Assembly: GCA_951406725.2 (NCBI GenBank)
Contig: OX597818.1
Location: 64,790,001 to 64,854,000 of the forward strand
Reading direction: 5' to 3'
DNA: 64,000 bases
DNA from: Octopus vulgaris
Taxonomy: Eukaryota
Shown piece after piece: positions 14,416-29,385 of the stretch; the first letter of the stretch is position 1; every line of letters starts with the position of its first letter. A program made the position numbers and the translations under genes. The notes below the pieces were generated by a model. It ran no database searches, had not been told where the DNA came from, and worked only from the letters and a program-made list of their open reading frames with translations.

Positions 14416-15026
14416 ACTATGAATTTTTTTCTAATTTTTCTACAGGATCAGCTGATTGATGGGAAAGAACGTTGATTACATCGAACCCAGGAACTTCTGT
14501 TAAGTATATCCTCAACCATGAAATGATCCAATGTCGAAGTCGAACTCAGCGTATTTGCCTCTACTATTCCAGCGTTTATTTTTGCTTCGACTTATAAGAT
14601 TATTATAACATATTTTCCTAATGATTTTCACCTGATTCCAATGAAATATAACTAAATATTTATGGAAAAGAAATGGGCATTTATTTCAATTAGATAACCT
14701 GACTTTTCTTTAAATCAAATTAATTTTCTCGCTTGATAACTTTGGTGCTATGAATAAAACTCTGGTGCCGTTAATAACTTTGTAGGATCTTGTGATAAAT
14801 ATAAGATAATAAAAAATATGCTTTCATATTATATATCTAGCGAAAGAGAGAAATAGTGAGTGAGGTGGAAATAGGGAAATTGTTGGAGAGATGTAAGGAT
14901 TGGCTGTTGTAAAAGTACATTATTGGAGATGGCCTCTATTATGTGTTGGATATGTGTAAGATAGAGAGATGTATGGTCGAACACCTGCAATAATGTTCTT
15001 ATATTTCTTGTAATATATTTTGTGTG

Positions 15027-15310
15027 AAGGCAGGTGGCTTGCTGGTTAGATTACTCGGCTCACGATTCTGAGTTAGTTTCCCGTTCGAGCTGTGTACTCC
15101 TTGAGCAAAACACTTATCTCGCATTGCTCCATTCCACTAAGCTGGCAAAAATGTGTTGCCTTTGTATTTCAAAACGTTCTGTGTCACGTTGAGTCTCCTT
15201 GTGAAGTACGCTCAGAGCTCTCATGTAGATGAATGCTCGACAACTAATACGTTAAAGGATGTTCCGTTAATCTACTCTAACCCTCATCATTGTTACCATC
15301 GGACACCCAG
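15027..15310 (+). mobile_element. Degraded tRNA-derived SINE
   Basis: A-box-like tggcttgctgg. Body (ccttgagcaaaacactt, gtatttcaaa, gtgtcacgttga) is shared with the 9385 and 29386 copies. Confidence 0.55.
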
Positions 15311-15689
15311 ACTGTATATTTTGTAGCGATTCTTATTGTTTTGATTGACGATTAGATTCTGCGAGAAAACTAATGAGTTTATGAGCTTCTATTCTTTCTA
15401 AACCAAATCATGTTAAATAAATATAACTTAGTCATTCACAACATTTTTGATTATCTCCCTTACACCGGAAAAATCCCTGGAACGCCATATTTCACAACAT
15501 ACCGAAGAGATGGCATAATATTAGGTAAAGAAATTTGAGAAATTTGAAAAGAAAATTAGAAGCCGATTATTCCTCCGAAAATCATGTTACCATACCCAAA
15601 ATCTTATAACATTTTTCTTACATAACGATTTAAACATATTCTTTAACTATATAACGCAAGCCTGCTGTAGTTTTTTCACTCTATTTTGT

Positions 15690-17760
15690 CTTATATAATA
15701 TACCGTTTTCTCCATACATAAAACCATATGTGTCATATGTTTTGACGTATTTTGGTATGGTATTAAAAACTGCTGGACTGCTTGAGGTAAATTAATTGTG
15801 TCGTAATGTTGCTATATGTACTGAGTTCGATTTTGTTAGTAGGTGGATAGCATGGGTTCCAAGTCTTGGATGGATTTTAAAATTGATGCCAACATCAGTT
15901 GTGCAATATTGATGGAATATTTTCCACATGACACAAATGATGTAGCTCTTCCGGCGGCGTTGGAGAGAGTAGAGATTGAGATTTTAAGTCGCCCCCAATA
16001 ATCTATGCCTCTCATGCTGTCTATCTTTCTTGTCATTGACTTCTAGAATGCTTCTACTTTCATAATGAGTTGCTTCGTATGGAGACACAGCAGTGGGCAA
16101 CAGTACTCAAGTTGGGGTTGGGCAAAAGTAGTGTAGGAAACGATAATTGTGCGGACATCTCTAGACCGGAAAGTTCTGAGAATCCAGGAGCACATGTTGC
16201 GGGCCAAGTCAACATTGCTGTTTACGTGGAAGGTCCAGCTTAGATTTTTATCAACAATTACTCGAAGATCTCTGGAGTTGTTGGATGACACTAGGGAGTC
16301 GCCCGAGGGAAGAGCATATGATAATTTCGGAGTTTCCTCTTTCCCAAAGTGGATCAAATCAAACTTATCTTCAGTTAAAGGATATTGTTTTTTTACGCCC
16401 ATTGGACAATAGCAAACAGATCTGACTGAAGGCATGTTCGGTCTCTCATGTCGTTTATGGCTTTCCGGATTTTGGAATCATCGGCAAAGATTTTCAATGT
16501 AGAATGTTTGATGACATCTACTATGTCGTTGATGTAAATATGAAGCGGAGCGGGCCCATCACAGTATCTTGTGGGACACCACTGCTGAGTTTTGCTGAGC
16601 TGGATCTTTCTCCCTCGTCAGGAAACAATTTATCCACTACAGAATATTTCCACGGACTCCACTTTTGGACAGTTTCTTCAGCAGGATTCTGTGGTCCACT
16701 CTGTCAAATTCCTTGCTGAAATCAAGGTATATGACGTCAGTGTTGGAGCCCTCTCCCAACGCTTTTAAGAAATTATCAAACTAGTGCAAAAGCTGCGACA
16801 GGCAGTCCCTGCTATCACAGAAACTATGCTGGTTGGGGGTTCAGCAGATTGTTGCCTTCGACGAAGTGAGTTATTCTTAATCTCACCACCCTTCCAAATA
16901 CTTTAATGATATGAGAGGTGATATAATCGGGCGGTAGTTCACTGCAACAGATTTGTTTCCCTTTTCGAAACCTGGAATGACAGACTAGGTAAGAAAGTGA
17001 TCAGGAATGTAGCCTGCATCAAGTGAGTTTCTCCAGAGTTCAGATAGAAGGGGTGCAATTTGATGTCGACACATGTTCAGGACATTAGCTGAGAACTTAA
17101 CAGGGCCTACTGCCGAGTGGTGCTTGATCATATCTTTTTCTGTTAGAATATCAGGAGCACTAAAAATGTTATGTCAGATATGGTTAGTTGAGGGTTTACA
17201 TTACTGATACAAGCCAGATAAACCGCATTAGGGTTACTGAAGATAGAACATTATTGCTTCTGCAGTATCACGCACATGAATTTTGAATCACAACGTAGAG
17301 TATTGTTCTCGTCAACCAGATGACCAACAGTGGAAACAGATTCTTTATATGATTTTGCAAATGGAAAGCACATTTTGGGATTGTGTTTTATTTTCTCATT
17401 GGCCCAATTCTCCTCATCTGCTCTTTGTCTGTTAATAATGGTCATCATGCTTTTATGGAGGTCGTGTTTTTTCGATTCGAGTGATGCAATGGCAGACTAA
17501 TAGGTGCGTTGCTGCTGGCAGTATTTAAGTTAGTTGACTTTCTTGTTAATTCTCTTTCTTTTTCTGATAATAGTTCTTCTATGTCTAGGGATTATGCACT
17601 TAGATTTGTTTAGTGATCTTAATGGAGTACGTTTTGCGCATATATTTGTCACCGCATCTACAAATGGCTGCAGTGATGTGTTCATGTTGGGGGGGGGTTG
17701 CTTGCATGAAGGCCCAAACAACTTTTGAAAGATCAGGATTGATAGCATCATAATCTATTA
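15690..17760 (-). mobile_element. CR1/L2-group LINE ORF2 relic (reverse transcriptase region)
   Basis: Minus-strand motifs KIKHNPKMCFPFAK, NYRP, NQHSF..RDCLSQLL, DVIYLDFSKEFDRVDH, SGVPQDTVMGP, IFADDSKI, DLRVIVDKNLSW, YTTFAQPQLEYCCPL, with many stops and frameshifts. Confidence 0.9.
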
Positions 17761-17817
17761 GAATCAAAATTACTTTTCTAAAACTAAAACAAAAATTAAG
17801 ATCAAATATAAACTGTT

Positions 17818-17874
<57 letters not shown>

Positions 17875-17931
17875 AACAGACAAACATACACATATATAAA
17901 CACGCGCGAACAAACGTACGTTGGTATATAT

Positions 17932-18035
17932 TCTTTTCTACTCTACTCACAAGAGTCGAATTTTTAGGAAAGGTGGAGTCGATTAGATCGGCTCCAATAC
18001 GCAGCTGGTACTTAATTTATCGACCTCGGCGGAAT
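17932..18035 (-). mobile_element. Nin/Deu-core-like SINE, 3' fragment
   Basis: ttcttttctactcta...gtcgattagatcg...ctggtacttaatttatcgacc. Flanked by a repeated tacgttggtatatat. Confidence 0.65.
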
Positions 18036-19315
18036 ACGTTGGTATATATTTGAGGTAGAGATATATATGCGAGACTACAATGCATTTCGCCTTACGTTAC
18101 ATTTGAATTAATTAACTGAATGTTACATATCATCGGGTACTAATTTCGGGTACAATTGCATAACCATACATTTAGAAAACCTTAACTTGAGAAATAATAT
18201 TCCTTGAGAAGCTGCATCATAGACTCCCCGTCGCGAAGTTCAATCTCATTTCTTTTCATGAAACTCCTAATTGCTGCCACTTTATACGGTGGTCATTGGT
18301 CAGTTTTTAAACGATGACAAAGATAGTCAATGCTGCTCTATATTTAAGAGATGAGGCATTATGTACATTATTTACATTTCACGGATATTTGTCCTCATCT
18401 TGTGTTAACAACAAACACCATAAGAAATATCCGTCATATGTAAATATTGTAAATAATGTAAATAAAGATAGTCAATTTCAGAATGCTGATGATCAAAGGT
18501 TTCACATAAGTTTTCTTGTAACGCAAGCTAAATATCTATTAAATCACTTTAGGATTGGTTTGAAAGCAGAGACCAGTATTGAGATACGTCATAATCTGTA
18601 AAGTATACCATATAGATTTTCTTGAAACACTGTTGCAGTTACACTCCGGAGAAAATTGAGATATGATAAAATATTATATTTAAGGATATGGTTCCTCAGG
18701 TTTTTATGCAACATCAGATCGTAGTTCTGTGAGAAATTAACGCAATATCCTTGATTCACATAAACCTCATTGGTTTCCATAGAGAAAAATATTGCTACTT
18801 GTAGCACGTAGCCGCTTGCGCCCTATATGAGTTTTTATCAATGAGAAATGATTTCATAAAGAAAGGAGAAAGAACATATATTAAAGCGGGTGGAGAGTAA
18901 TGAAACAACTCTGCAAGTTGTTTGTTGGAAGTTAATGTAATTAATGTCCTTACGGGAGTAAATATATTTAGTTGCCATGAAAATATAATTTGGTGTTAAG
19001 TGTTATCGTATCCAATAAAATTCTGCGTAACATTTCTTCCAGCGCTTCACGTACTAAGTTCAAATTCATCTCAAAGCGACACGAAATTCATCATTTCAGG
19101 GTTCGAAAAGTAAGTGTCTGTTCAATAGCGAAGTTGATTTTGAGAGACGGCCATAAATCGTCCCCCAAAATAGTACCAACATTACATATACATTAATAGA
19201 TAATAGATAATATATTACGTATACATTAATAGAATAAACTGTCAGTTTTCCAAATAGCAAATGAAAAGCGAACAGAGAAAGTAAGAGGCTTTGCAAATGA
19301 GAATGGAATACTCCA

Positions 19316-19693
19316 CAGTGAATGCAATGAATATTTAAATTTATGAATTGGACGCAGTGAATGCAATGAATATTTAAATTTATGAATTGGACGCAGTGAA
19401 TGCAATGAATATTTAAATTTATGAATTGGACGCAGTGAATGCAATGAATATTTAAATTTATGAATTGGACGCAGTGAATGCAAGGAATATTTAAATTTAT
19501 GAATTGGACGCAGTGAATGCAAGGAATATTTAAATTTATGAATTGGACGCAGTGAATGCAAGGAATATTTAAATTTATGAATTGGACGCAGTGAATGCAA
19601 GGAATATTTAAATTTATGAATTGGACGCAGTGAATGCAAGGAATATTTAAATTTATGAATTGGACGCAGTGAATGCAAGGAATATTTAAATTT
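19316..19693. repeat. 39-bp minisatellite, about 9.7 copies
   Basis: Unit CAGTGAATGCAA(T/G)GAATATTTAAATTTATGAATTGGACG. It produces the 13-aa periodic ORF 19226-19765. Confidence 0.95.
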
Positions 19694-20824
19694 GCGAGAA
19701 ATTGGAGTTAAAAGTATTGTAGAAACTTGAGGAATGCTAATTATAGGAAATTTCCAGATGCTCAACCCTTTAATAATTGCTTTCTTTTAGTAATTTTAGT
19801 AATTGTTACATATCGAATTAATAGGGAGCTTTCTCCATTATACCATAGATTTATTTTTGAAAATACAATTCCTCTATAGAAAATTAAACATACTGTTTCA
19901 AAATAAGTGTGTTATATTAGATGTCATCGAGGGACTTTTAATATGATCGTGTGAATTTAGAAGGAAGGATTAAGAAACAAACCAAAATTCGGCCAAGCAA
20001 CGGAGATGGCCGCCGACATATAAACGAAAGTGGGTCGGAAATTCCAAAGAGTCGTCTCACTTGCTTTGAGTCAATAAGTAATGTTTATCAGTAAAAGATA
20101 GTAGGAGATTACGCATAGAGTTATTTATCTAAGCAGCAGCGTTGCCAATGGCGCCGGCGTTTTTAATGCTAAGTGTTGTGGAGTGTATGAGAGATTGTGT
20201 GAACAACATAATACCGGATAATAATAATAATAATTCACATTCAATTGTAATTGGTGAATATAAATGATATAGATGGAAGATGCTTGGACATAAATTTTAG
20301 CGCTTCATTGTAATTATAATGTAAACGCTATACATTATACAAAACGTATATAAATAATGTATAGAATGTAGAATAGAAATCGAATTGTCTCGATTCAGTG
20401 AGTGTAGCATTGTCTGAAGTTGATTTCATAACATTATTCTGAAAACATGCGATATAATTACATTTGTATGCGAGATAAATTACACAAATATTCAATATAG
20501 CAAATTATCATTTCCAAGCGAGCAACGTTCCTCAAATGAACATTGCATCTACACAAATGACAACGCCCATTGTAATGGCTACGTTGCCAGAAAGTTATTA
20601 TATAGAGCGTATCGCTTTATAATTATCGCTGAAACCGTTTTAACACATGGGTCAGTAGTTTTATATGATTATATTTCACACCAACATCCCAGTAATTATC
20701 TCCTTATTTGCGGTATTATATTTAATCTCTAATACATACATATGCATAAATGCATATACAGATACATGTACATGTATATATGCATGTGTATGCGTGCGCA
20801 TGTGTGTGTACCTGTGTGTGTATC

Positions 20825-20881
<57 letters not shown>

Positions 20882-22717
20882 CAGTTTGGCACGTTATATA
20901 TGTCTGAAACGAAGGGAATGTAATCTCTAATATCATTTATTTAAAATTGCATTAACTTTTAGTTGGGATACTGAAAATATCGATTTTCTTTGAAATATAA
21001 TTAATTTTGTTATGATTAGTATTAATTTTTAAAACGCTAACCAAAAGCATTAATTTTTCGTAATATAATAACCGTACAAAGTAAAGGGCAATGTGTATCA
21101 TACATTGTTATCTAAAATATATTGCTACTCTCTATCTTGGAATGTTGACAGGGAGTTGTTTACCAGTTGCTCAGCATAATTTATCAGTAATCAGTAATCA
21201 GTAATCGAATCTTTGTATAAATAAATTATTTTCTTATTAACGTAAAGGAAAGAATAAAGATGGAAGTTAACATGATAATGAAGACGGAAAACTTGTTAGA
21301 ATGTGGTCAATGAGAATGTGGTAAATAAGCTTCATATATTTTAGACATAAAAGCAGCCCATTATTAGATGTGAACAGAGGAATGTAATGTGGGTCTGTAC
21401 ACTACCGGCCATGTCGATCGTATGTTCTGAAAGTACGATGGTGGCACAATTTGCGGGTATATCAGTACCAACCATCCCTCAAACAATCAAAGCCATCATT
21501 GTGATAAGTCGATAAAGACATAGAAGATTAGAATAACATTTTGATCAAAATTTATTTGTAAGGAAATGTAAGAAAGATCGACTGAGAAACTTTTCATGCT
21601 GTGATTCTGTATTTTCTATCAGGTTCCCTACAAAGGAATGTAAACCATCAAAATATTTATTGAAATATGTCTGGGAAACAAATAAAAACATGAACATTTG
21701 ACATGATTACAATTTGTATCTGATTATAAATTATAAGCAATGGACGATTCTAAGATGAAGTAAGATTTAAATGTTGTTATTTCATTAAATATTCAAAATG
21801 CGCATTTGCAGTAAAAGTAGTTCACATAAAAAAATTATAAGTTGGTCACCATAATAAGGTTGAGTAAACTGGTTTTTAATATCCTTCGAAAAAACAGGCA
21901 ATTCCTTTGACATTTCATTTCGAAAAGCTTTATTCGTTACATCACGATGGATAGTGCTTTCTATTTCCAAACCATGGATTGCGTTGGAGAAGAATTCTAT
22001 TAAACACTTCATTTAAACTGTACCAGCACTATTTCAGTATATGCTATATTGCTACAAATCGACGTATTCGCTATTGGTCGATCCTGTTAATGATAGTCTG
22101 CCAGGATACTATCATACCCTCAAGATTAAGGGATAAAGAGGTAATGTTTTTTACATCGAATTATTTTCTCTCGTCTTGATTCTAGTCGTTTCCGTTCGAA
22201 TTGCTTTAGACTTCTTTTAATCCTCCGCTTAATTATTCATGCGCAACGCAATTTGTCTTATTCCATTCATCCATTTTAATAATTATGACAGTTTTTGTCC
22301 TTCTCACTCAATGTCGCCATTATTATTTCCTGCGAAATACATTTGTTTCGTTTCTAAACTCTACATTTTCATATGTCTCTCGTTATTGATTAGCAATTTA
22401 AATTAATGGATGCATAAATTTCTCAAGAATAATTTTCACATACCAATGTACATCAATGGGAAATGTAAAAAAATCGTGTAAAAATTCCTACTTCTAATAT
22501 TTACGTTTAGCTATTGATTTCTACCATTGACACACTTTCTACTGCTTTGTCAAATCTTTCGAGTGAGGGAGAGAATGTGAGGATTATTTTGTTGTTTTTT
22601 CGTCATTCAGTTCTGTAAGTATCTGACTGCTTTGGGGTTAATGTTTTTCCTCGTTATGTGAGTTTTTGTTATCGTATCTGCCAACTTTTATCCAGAAATC
22701 TATCTATCCATCCTTCC

Positions 22718-22965
<248 letters not shown>

Positions 22966-23583
22966 TTTGCCTGTCTGTGTGTATATCTGCATGTCTATTG
23001 GTCGCTTTGTCTATCCATCTACCTGTCTATGTTTCTATTAGTCATTTATTGACTAATGAGCGTGCAGAGAAAAAAGCCTTTGACTTGTACGAAATTCTAC
23101 CGTTCACATAATAAACTGTAACTCCACTACGGTTCTACGTTTACTCTAAAATAATTTTCGATTATCAGTTACTTCCGTTGATGACAATTTTCATATCACT
23201 GTGGGCGTTTATTAATTTAATTATCTTGCTTGGCATTTTACAGAAAGTTCATTAGCAACATTGGTGAGATACAATTTTATTGAGAATATTACAATATATG
23301 CCAGAAGTGTTTCTGTAACGTGGTTGAAACTTCATTACATCTAAGTGAAAAATAAAGCTATTCCGCTTGCAATATCCAAACTGAATTAGCCCTTAACTGG
23401 TTAGATTAAATGGTAAAATAGACTGATAGGGGCTTGAAATTTTCAGCTTCGAAACAAACCGGCTTCAAAAATATTAATGATTATTAATAATTTCGAAGCA
23501 ATTTGACAAATACGGAAAAAACAAAGCAGAAATATACACGCATTCACCCACGCATATACGAAATCTAACGTACAGGGACACGA

Positions 23584-23632
<49 letters not shown>

Positions 23633-23648
23633 TACACATATATATATG

Positions 23649-23679
<31 letters not shown>

Positions 23680-24059
23680 ATTTATATATATATGTATGTA
23701 TCTATCTATCTATCTATATATCTATATATATGCATATTTATGTATATATGATATGTATATATATTTATGTATATATATGTGTGTATATATATTTGTATAT
23801 ATATATATATTTATGCATATATGCGTGTGTGTGTGAGTGTGTGTGTGTGTGCATATATATTGTTATGTTTCGGGATGGTAATATTTCGGGGCCAAATAAA
23901 CACACGTACTATTATCTCGTTCGTCACTTGATTATTGTCGTCGTTATATCATATTCTGTCCATTGTTTGTAAAATCCTTCGTGACAATTCTGTGGAGTTT
24001 GCAGTTTCTCTTTCTAGTCCACTCTATCCTTCTATGATGTGTAACTTCCTTGTGATGCG

Positions 24060-24310
24060 TTTTGCTCCACAGCAAGACATTTTATTTTACGTTGCCCCAT
24101 CCACTCAGCAAAAAAGATTGGGTTATACCTATAATTGAAACATCCCAACCGCCTTGCATTCTGTATCACGCTCAGTCGCTCTCAGAATTAAGTTAAGATT
24201 ATGTCTGTGGAATGCTCAGCCACTTGCACGTTCATTTCACAAGTGGGCTGTTCTCTTGATCGGAAAAAACGAAATTTTTATCGTCGTAGCCGACAGATTG
24301 CCAATTAACG
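24060..24310 (+). mobile_element. Degraded SINE body
   Basis: ttgctcc...ccactcagc, ctgtggaatgctcagccacttgcacgtt.atttcac and tcgtcgtagccgac match the 29386-29570 family. Confidence 0.55.
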
Positions 24311-25966
24311 ATATATCTTGCTCAAGAGGAACCAATGGAAATTTTATAATTCATCTATATTCTCATGACATTTCTAAACAAACATTATTTTTTTTCCTCC
24401 AAATATTAATTAAATTTCCTTCAAATTAATATTTTGTATCATGGCATTATATTTTTTATTCTCTCAAATTAAATATTTGCACATCTCTTCAAATTAGTTA
24501 ACATCTTCCACATTTTCGTTACCTATGGATTTATATGTTGTTTATAGGTATCCTGCTGAGCACATGTTATGTGGTTGTAATTTGTCTTGCCGATAACACT
24601 TTATGACTCAATTAAAATGCATTTAATTATCGTGACAGCTAATTTGTTTCGTAATTGCGGTACATTTCGTAATGGATATTAATCAAAGTTGGCCGCAACA
24701 TTTTGGATCCTGTTCCGTATATTTAATTTGTAGATTAGACGGTTTCTTTTGAATTGTACGCCCAGTGCACTTTTGGCTGTTTAATAATTCCTAAATGTCT
24801 CACTGTTACATTTTTCAGGCTTCATTTCAAATTTTCGAGTTCATTTATATTTGTCATACGATTCTGTTTAGATTTCCCATATAGCTTATATCATCCTCTT
24901 CCGATATATTACACAAGAATATATTGTAATTCAATATCTGATTCTCAGTCAGTATCTCGTTGTATAGCTTTTCTCTTGTACATGAATAACAGCGACATTT
25001 TATGGCTTCTTGTTTGAGTGGAGTGCTTATCAGACGAAATTTACTTTCTTTCATTTTTCCCCAGTTTGCTCAGCCTTTTCATGTACTGACCAATAATGAA
25101 ATATATCTCAGCATTGTATTCTGCGGTCAAAATGTTTAGGTCATTATTTTATGTTTGTATTTTATGTTTTATTAACTTAGAGATTTTTTTTTCTTCTTTA
25201 CGCAATTTATGCCATTCCACCGAGAGAATCGCATTACATGCAACCACTCTTTCAAACTTCTTAGATTCCTAGAAGGCAGAAACACATCCATTTGTTCATG
25301 TTGTCTATAAGTTTGTATTATGTCATTTATTATTCTTCACAAGATGTTTTTTTTGTTGTATCCACAAACAGAATAATTGATATACAAGCCAAAATTACAT
25401 CACATTTTACAGAACTATCACGCAGCTTCAGATTACGTGAATTCATTCTGTATCTTAAATGGAGAGGAAATTGTTTTATATGCTGACTTATATGGTATTT
25501 GTTCACGTTTAACCCATTGGCTTTGAATGCAGAACGACTTCCTTGCAATGCAAAATAATTAATCACAAGAGCATGTTTGTGCCCAAAATATGTAAGACAT
25601 ATTTCTCTTAGAAATTGTTCACTGTTAAATCTTTTATTTAATCAGTACGTGAAGTATCCGTATATGAAGATTCCTTTCATTTGTATCGTATAACAACATA
25701 TATTTTGTGTAAGTCATGTTAATATTTTCCAGCATTTTGTGTTCGGTTTGTTTTCCACCACCATAGTTCAAACTTTAGTGAAACCATTCAAAGTAATTTG
25801 TATTCAAAATTTCGACAGTATACTCTGTAAAGTAATTGTCATAGAAAGCGCATCTAACCGCACAAAACCATGCCACAAGAGGCACCGGTACTCGAAACAG
25901 TACTCTTACCGGTCGTCGAGATCTGTGGTAGCGTCCAACCTTTTCTAGCAAGCAGTAAGATTATAA

Positions 25967-26328
25967 ACGATAACGATGACGATGAAGATGATGATGATGA
26001 TGAAGACGACGACGACGACGTTGAAGATGATGATGATGTTGATGATGATGACGATGAGAGTAATGATGATGAGGATGATGATGAGGATGATGATGTTGAT
26101 GATGATGATGATGATGCTGATGATGACGATGATGAAGATGATAACGATGACGATGATGATGATGATGATGGTGATGGTGATGTTGATAATGATGATGATG
26201 ATGATGATGAGGAGGAGGAGGAGGAGGATGGTGATGTTGATGATGATGATGACAATGAGGATGATGATGATGATGATGATGATGACGATGATGATGATAA
26301 GGACGATGATGAGGAATCTGATAATGAT
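25967..26328. repeat. (GAT/GAC/GAG)n trinucleotide microsatellite
   Basis: Direct reading. It explains the poly-D, poly-S and poly-M ORFs. Confidence 0.9.
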
Positions 26329-26714
26329 TAAAACTTGTTTTTATATTTCAATTATGTTCTAATACGTGCCTTTCCTGAAAATATGCTTTCAACTCTTCTT
26401 ATACAAATAGTTTGTCTTCTTTCGTACATTTTTGTTTTCGCCGCTGCAATAATGTCTTCACGGCAATTAGTTATACGGACGAAATATTATTTTGTTACAT
26501 AACGAACATTCTAACAACATTATAAAATCTTAAATAGCCATAAGCCTAAAATCAACTCACGGCAAACTGAATGAAATACTTTGATATTTCAGCCCAATAG
26601 AACACCCATTAGATTAAATACAGAATGAGTTCAGGTTTGTAAAAAAATAGGATATTCTTTCAAAATCGGTCAAATATACATTTCACATATTCCAGATTCA
26701 TTTTTAATGGCAAC

Positions 26715-26905
26715 ACGCCCTCCCACCAGCGCTTGACAACCGATGTTGGTATGTTTATGTCCCCGTAGATTAGCTATTCGGAAAAAGATACCGATAGGAT
26801 AAGTACTAGGCTTACAAAGAATAAGTCCTGGAGTCGATTTGATCGAGTAATGGCAGTGCTCCAGCATGGTCGCAGTCAAATGACTGAAACAAGAAAAACA
26901 AAAGA
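26715..26905 (+). mobile_element. SINE 3' half (ccagcatggccgcagtcaaatgactgaaac tail family)
   Basis: Reverse complement of 33410-33640. Related copies at about 27120-27440, 35080-35265, 43260-43635, 51030-51230 and 53040-53255. Confidence 0.7.
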
Positions 26906-27825
26906 AGGTTAGCCCAATTTCGTTATATATCAATATATATATTTTTTATTTGTTGTGCTATTTATACTGAAGGCTTTTTTATATAATGCCATATGCTCAG
27001 AGAGGATTGCGTTTGCCGAGCAAAATTAAAATCTCCAAGAGTATTGTATGTTAAAACAGAGAACACGGGAGACAAATAACGGTATGGTAATAATTTCCAA
27101 GAAAACTCAGCATTAACTCCCTAGGAACGTCTGCGAGTTTGTTTCCCAACCTCATGGTTTTAGGTTCGACCTAACTGCTTGGAATCTAGGGCAAGTGACT
27201 TTGGCCAACCGAAGTCATGCGAATGGAGTTGGTAGATGAATACTGAAAATAGCCTTTCGTACGTAATTATGTATCTATGTATTTGTGCCTTTCTGACAAA
27301 GTGTCTATGACCACCGCTCAACAGCCGGTAACTTAGCAGTTTGGCAAAACGCCTGAACGAATTAGTACTAAGCTTAAAGAACCTATGCACTGGAGCATGG
27401 TTTCTGCCTCATGAGTTAAACAAGTAAAAGATAAGAGATAGGACCCAATATCCGTCAAATGTATATAATGTACTTAATTCCTCATCTCTTAAATATACAG
27501 CTGAATTACATATTTGCTGTAATTAATAAAATAACGAATGCTGTAAAGTTTTAAAATCAAGTTATTATTATGTTATACCGCATTTATCTTATCTAATGTT
27601 ATGTTTTATTAATAAACATTAGTGATGTCAAAAGCATTTCTATATATCTACAAATAAAAATAAGAAAATCTAATTTCTATAGGAAATTTAATTCCTTTTT
27701 AGTTTTCTGCCATGCTTACGACAATAATTTGTGATTTCCTTTTATACTTAATTTCCTTCTGACAATGCTTGGGGCGATAGGACTAAATAAGAAAAGATGT
27801 GTATTGGCCATTGATCGGTCTTAGT

Positions 27826-27975
27826 TAGTTAGTTAGTTAATTTTTTGGCTCAAAAAGCAACAAACAAGGCCATGTAGGGGGACATGGAGTTATGTACAGG
27901 GTGGTGTTAATGTAAAGAGTTCAGGCCACTTGAGGTCAAGGGAGACTTTGAACAAAGCGGTCGTCGGCATCGTCT
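27826..27975 (-). mobile_element. CR1-type LINE extreme 3' end with (TAAC)n tail
   Basis: Minus strand reads PTTALFKVSLDLKWPELF (compare FKxxLDxxW), then a 3'UTR and (taac)n. Confidence 0.6.
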
Positions 27976-28184
27976 TGATTTGTTAAATGTAGCAGCAAAA
28001 TTTCCCGCATTTATTAACTCACATAAATGGAATGGCTGGAAACGCCAGAAATATAGAATCACTACGATGTAAGTCAGGCAATTGTTATGAAAACATGCTT
28101 TTGTAGAAACCATGTATTTTTGCATCATACTAATATGAATGAACACGGGATAAGTCAGGTAAACATAGGAATCACATGATGCAA

Positions 28185-28263
28185 ATTCTCGTATATCGCC
28201 CGGTCTGAGATTCGAACTCGCGGTCCCTCGACCGCGAGTTCGCTGCTCTAACCACTAGGCCAT
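28185..28263 (-). mobile_element. tRNA-like SINE head
   Basis: atggcctagtggttagagcagcgaactcgcggtcgagggaccgcgagttcgaatctcagaccgggcga with A and B boxes. Same head as 42901. Confidence 0.75.
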
Positions 28264-28340
28264 ATGTGTATGATATTAAGGCGATACAACTATGACACTT
28301 GAGAAAATTTTAACTAGTTTCCTTTCACACAAATACCAAA

Positions 28341-28379
<39 letters not shown>

Positions 28380-29385
28380 GATTCGAAAACGGGTACTAAA
28401 ATAGACTCCCTAGTGAGGTGAAATCCACTTCCCTATCACTGGTGTAAGCAATAGCACAATCTCGTATAGTGACGAGAGGACGAGGGTATCTAGTGCCATG
28501 AACATCTGACCTTACATACAGGTGTTATCCCTGCATGTAAGAAGAGAAAGGATGCTCCATATTGAGACGAATGGACTGGAATGCTGTGAATAACTACCAG
28601 TGGGTCGTGTTTTGCCAGAGTGGCATAAGGCGATTTGTTCAGTGTAAATAATGAGTTGCAGAGAAATCCCCCAAAGATTTCAAAAATCACGAAATAATTT
28701 CTCATACAAATATATAACTATAACCGGTATTAAGACAACAATATCCGAACTACAAACCGTTTTCAATACATTGGAATATAATAATCTGTTATAATTATAT
28801 TTATCAATCTTCTATTTCATAGAAATATATGATAATATGTCATTTCGTCAAGAATTTTGTCATAAACACCCGTTAACAGTTAATACAATCTTGGGGAAAT
28901 TCATGAAAATACAACAGATACATTCATGTTCCATAATATTATACTCGATGTATGAATCAAATATATTTCTTTCATGTATGTATAATATATATATTCAATG
29001 AGTCAGCCGATATAAATTGAAATATTTCTTAAAATATTTAATAATGTCTAGTGGATGGATATCTGATAGTCAAGAATCGTATTGTTATTGAACGAAGGAT
29101 ATCATACGGCTTCCATTGTTAAAGTGCTTGTGATATTAGACTCCATTTATTAGTATAGTATCGGTTGACTTCTGTATTGCAACGGTGGTGAGTCCGTAGA
29201 ATAGGAGATTTTCAGATATAAGAGTTGAATGATCAACTTATGAGAGTTGTGTGTATGCGTGTATGCTGGCGCGCGTGCGTGTGATGCCAGTCTGGATCGT
29301 CAGCGGTTATATGCTTTCAATTTGAATTCAGATGAAAGTTATCAATCATTGACCTGTAAATTTTTGCCATGCAGTGGGTGGAAGC

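Noticed and set aside
19316-19693. CRISPR-like regular array
   Set aside because: The units are contiguous with no unique spacers, there are no cas genes, and the context is eukaryotic.
21785-22012. Possible transposase C-terminal fragment
   Set aside because: Only a vague resemblance, with no diagnostic motifs or termini.
25775-25944. Possible minus-strand terminal exon (AG at 25946-25945; KVGRYHRSRRPVRVLF...FYDNYFTEY...WFH*)
   Set aside because: No recognisable homology and no partner exons. FYDNYFT resembles a piggyBac motif but the surrounding motifs are missing.
25870-26331. 153-aa Asp-rich ORF and the overlapping poly-Ser and poly-Met ORFs
   Set aside because: Open in several frames only because of the (GAT)n microsatellite. 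No domain is recognisable.
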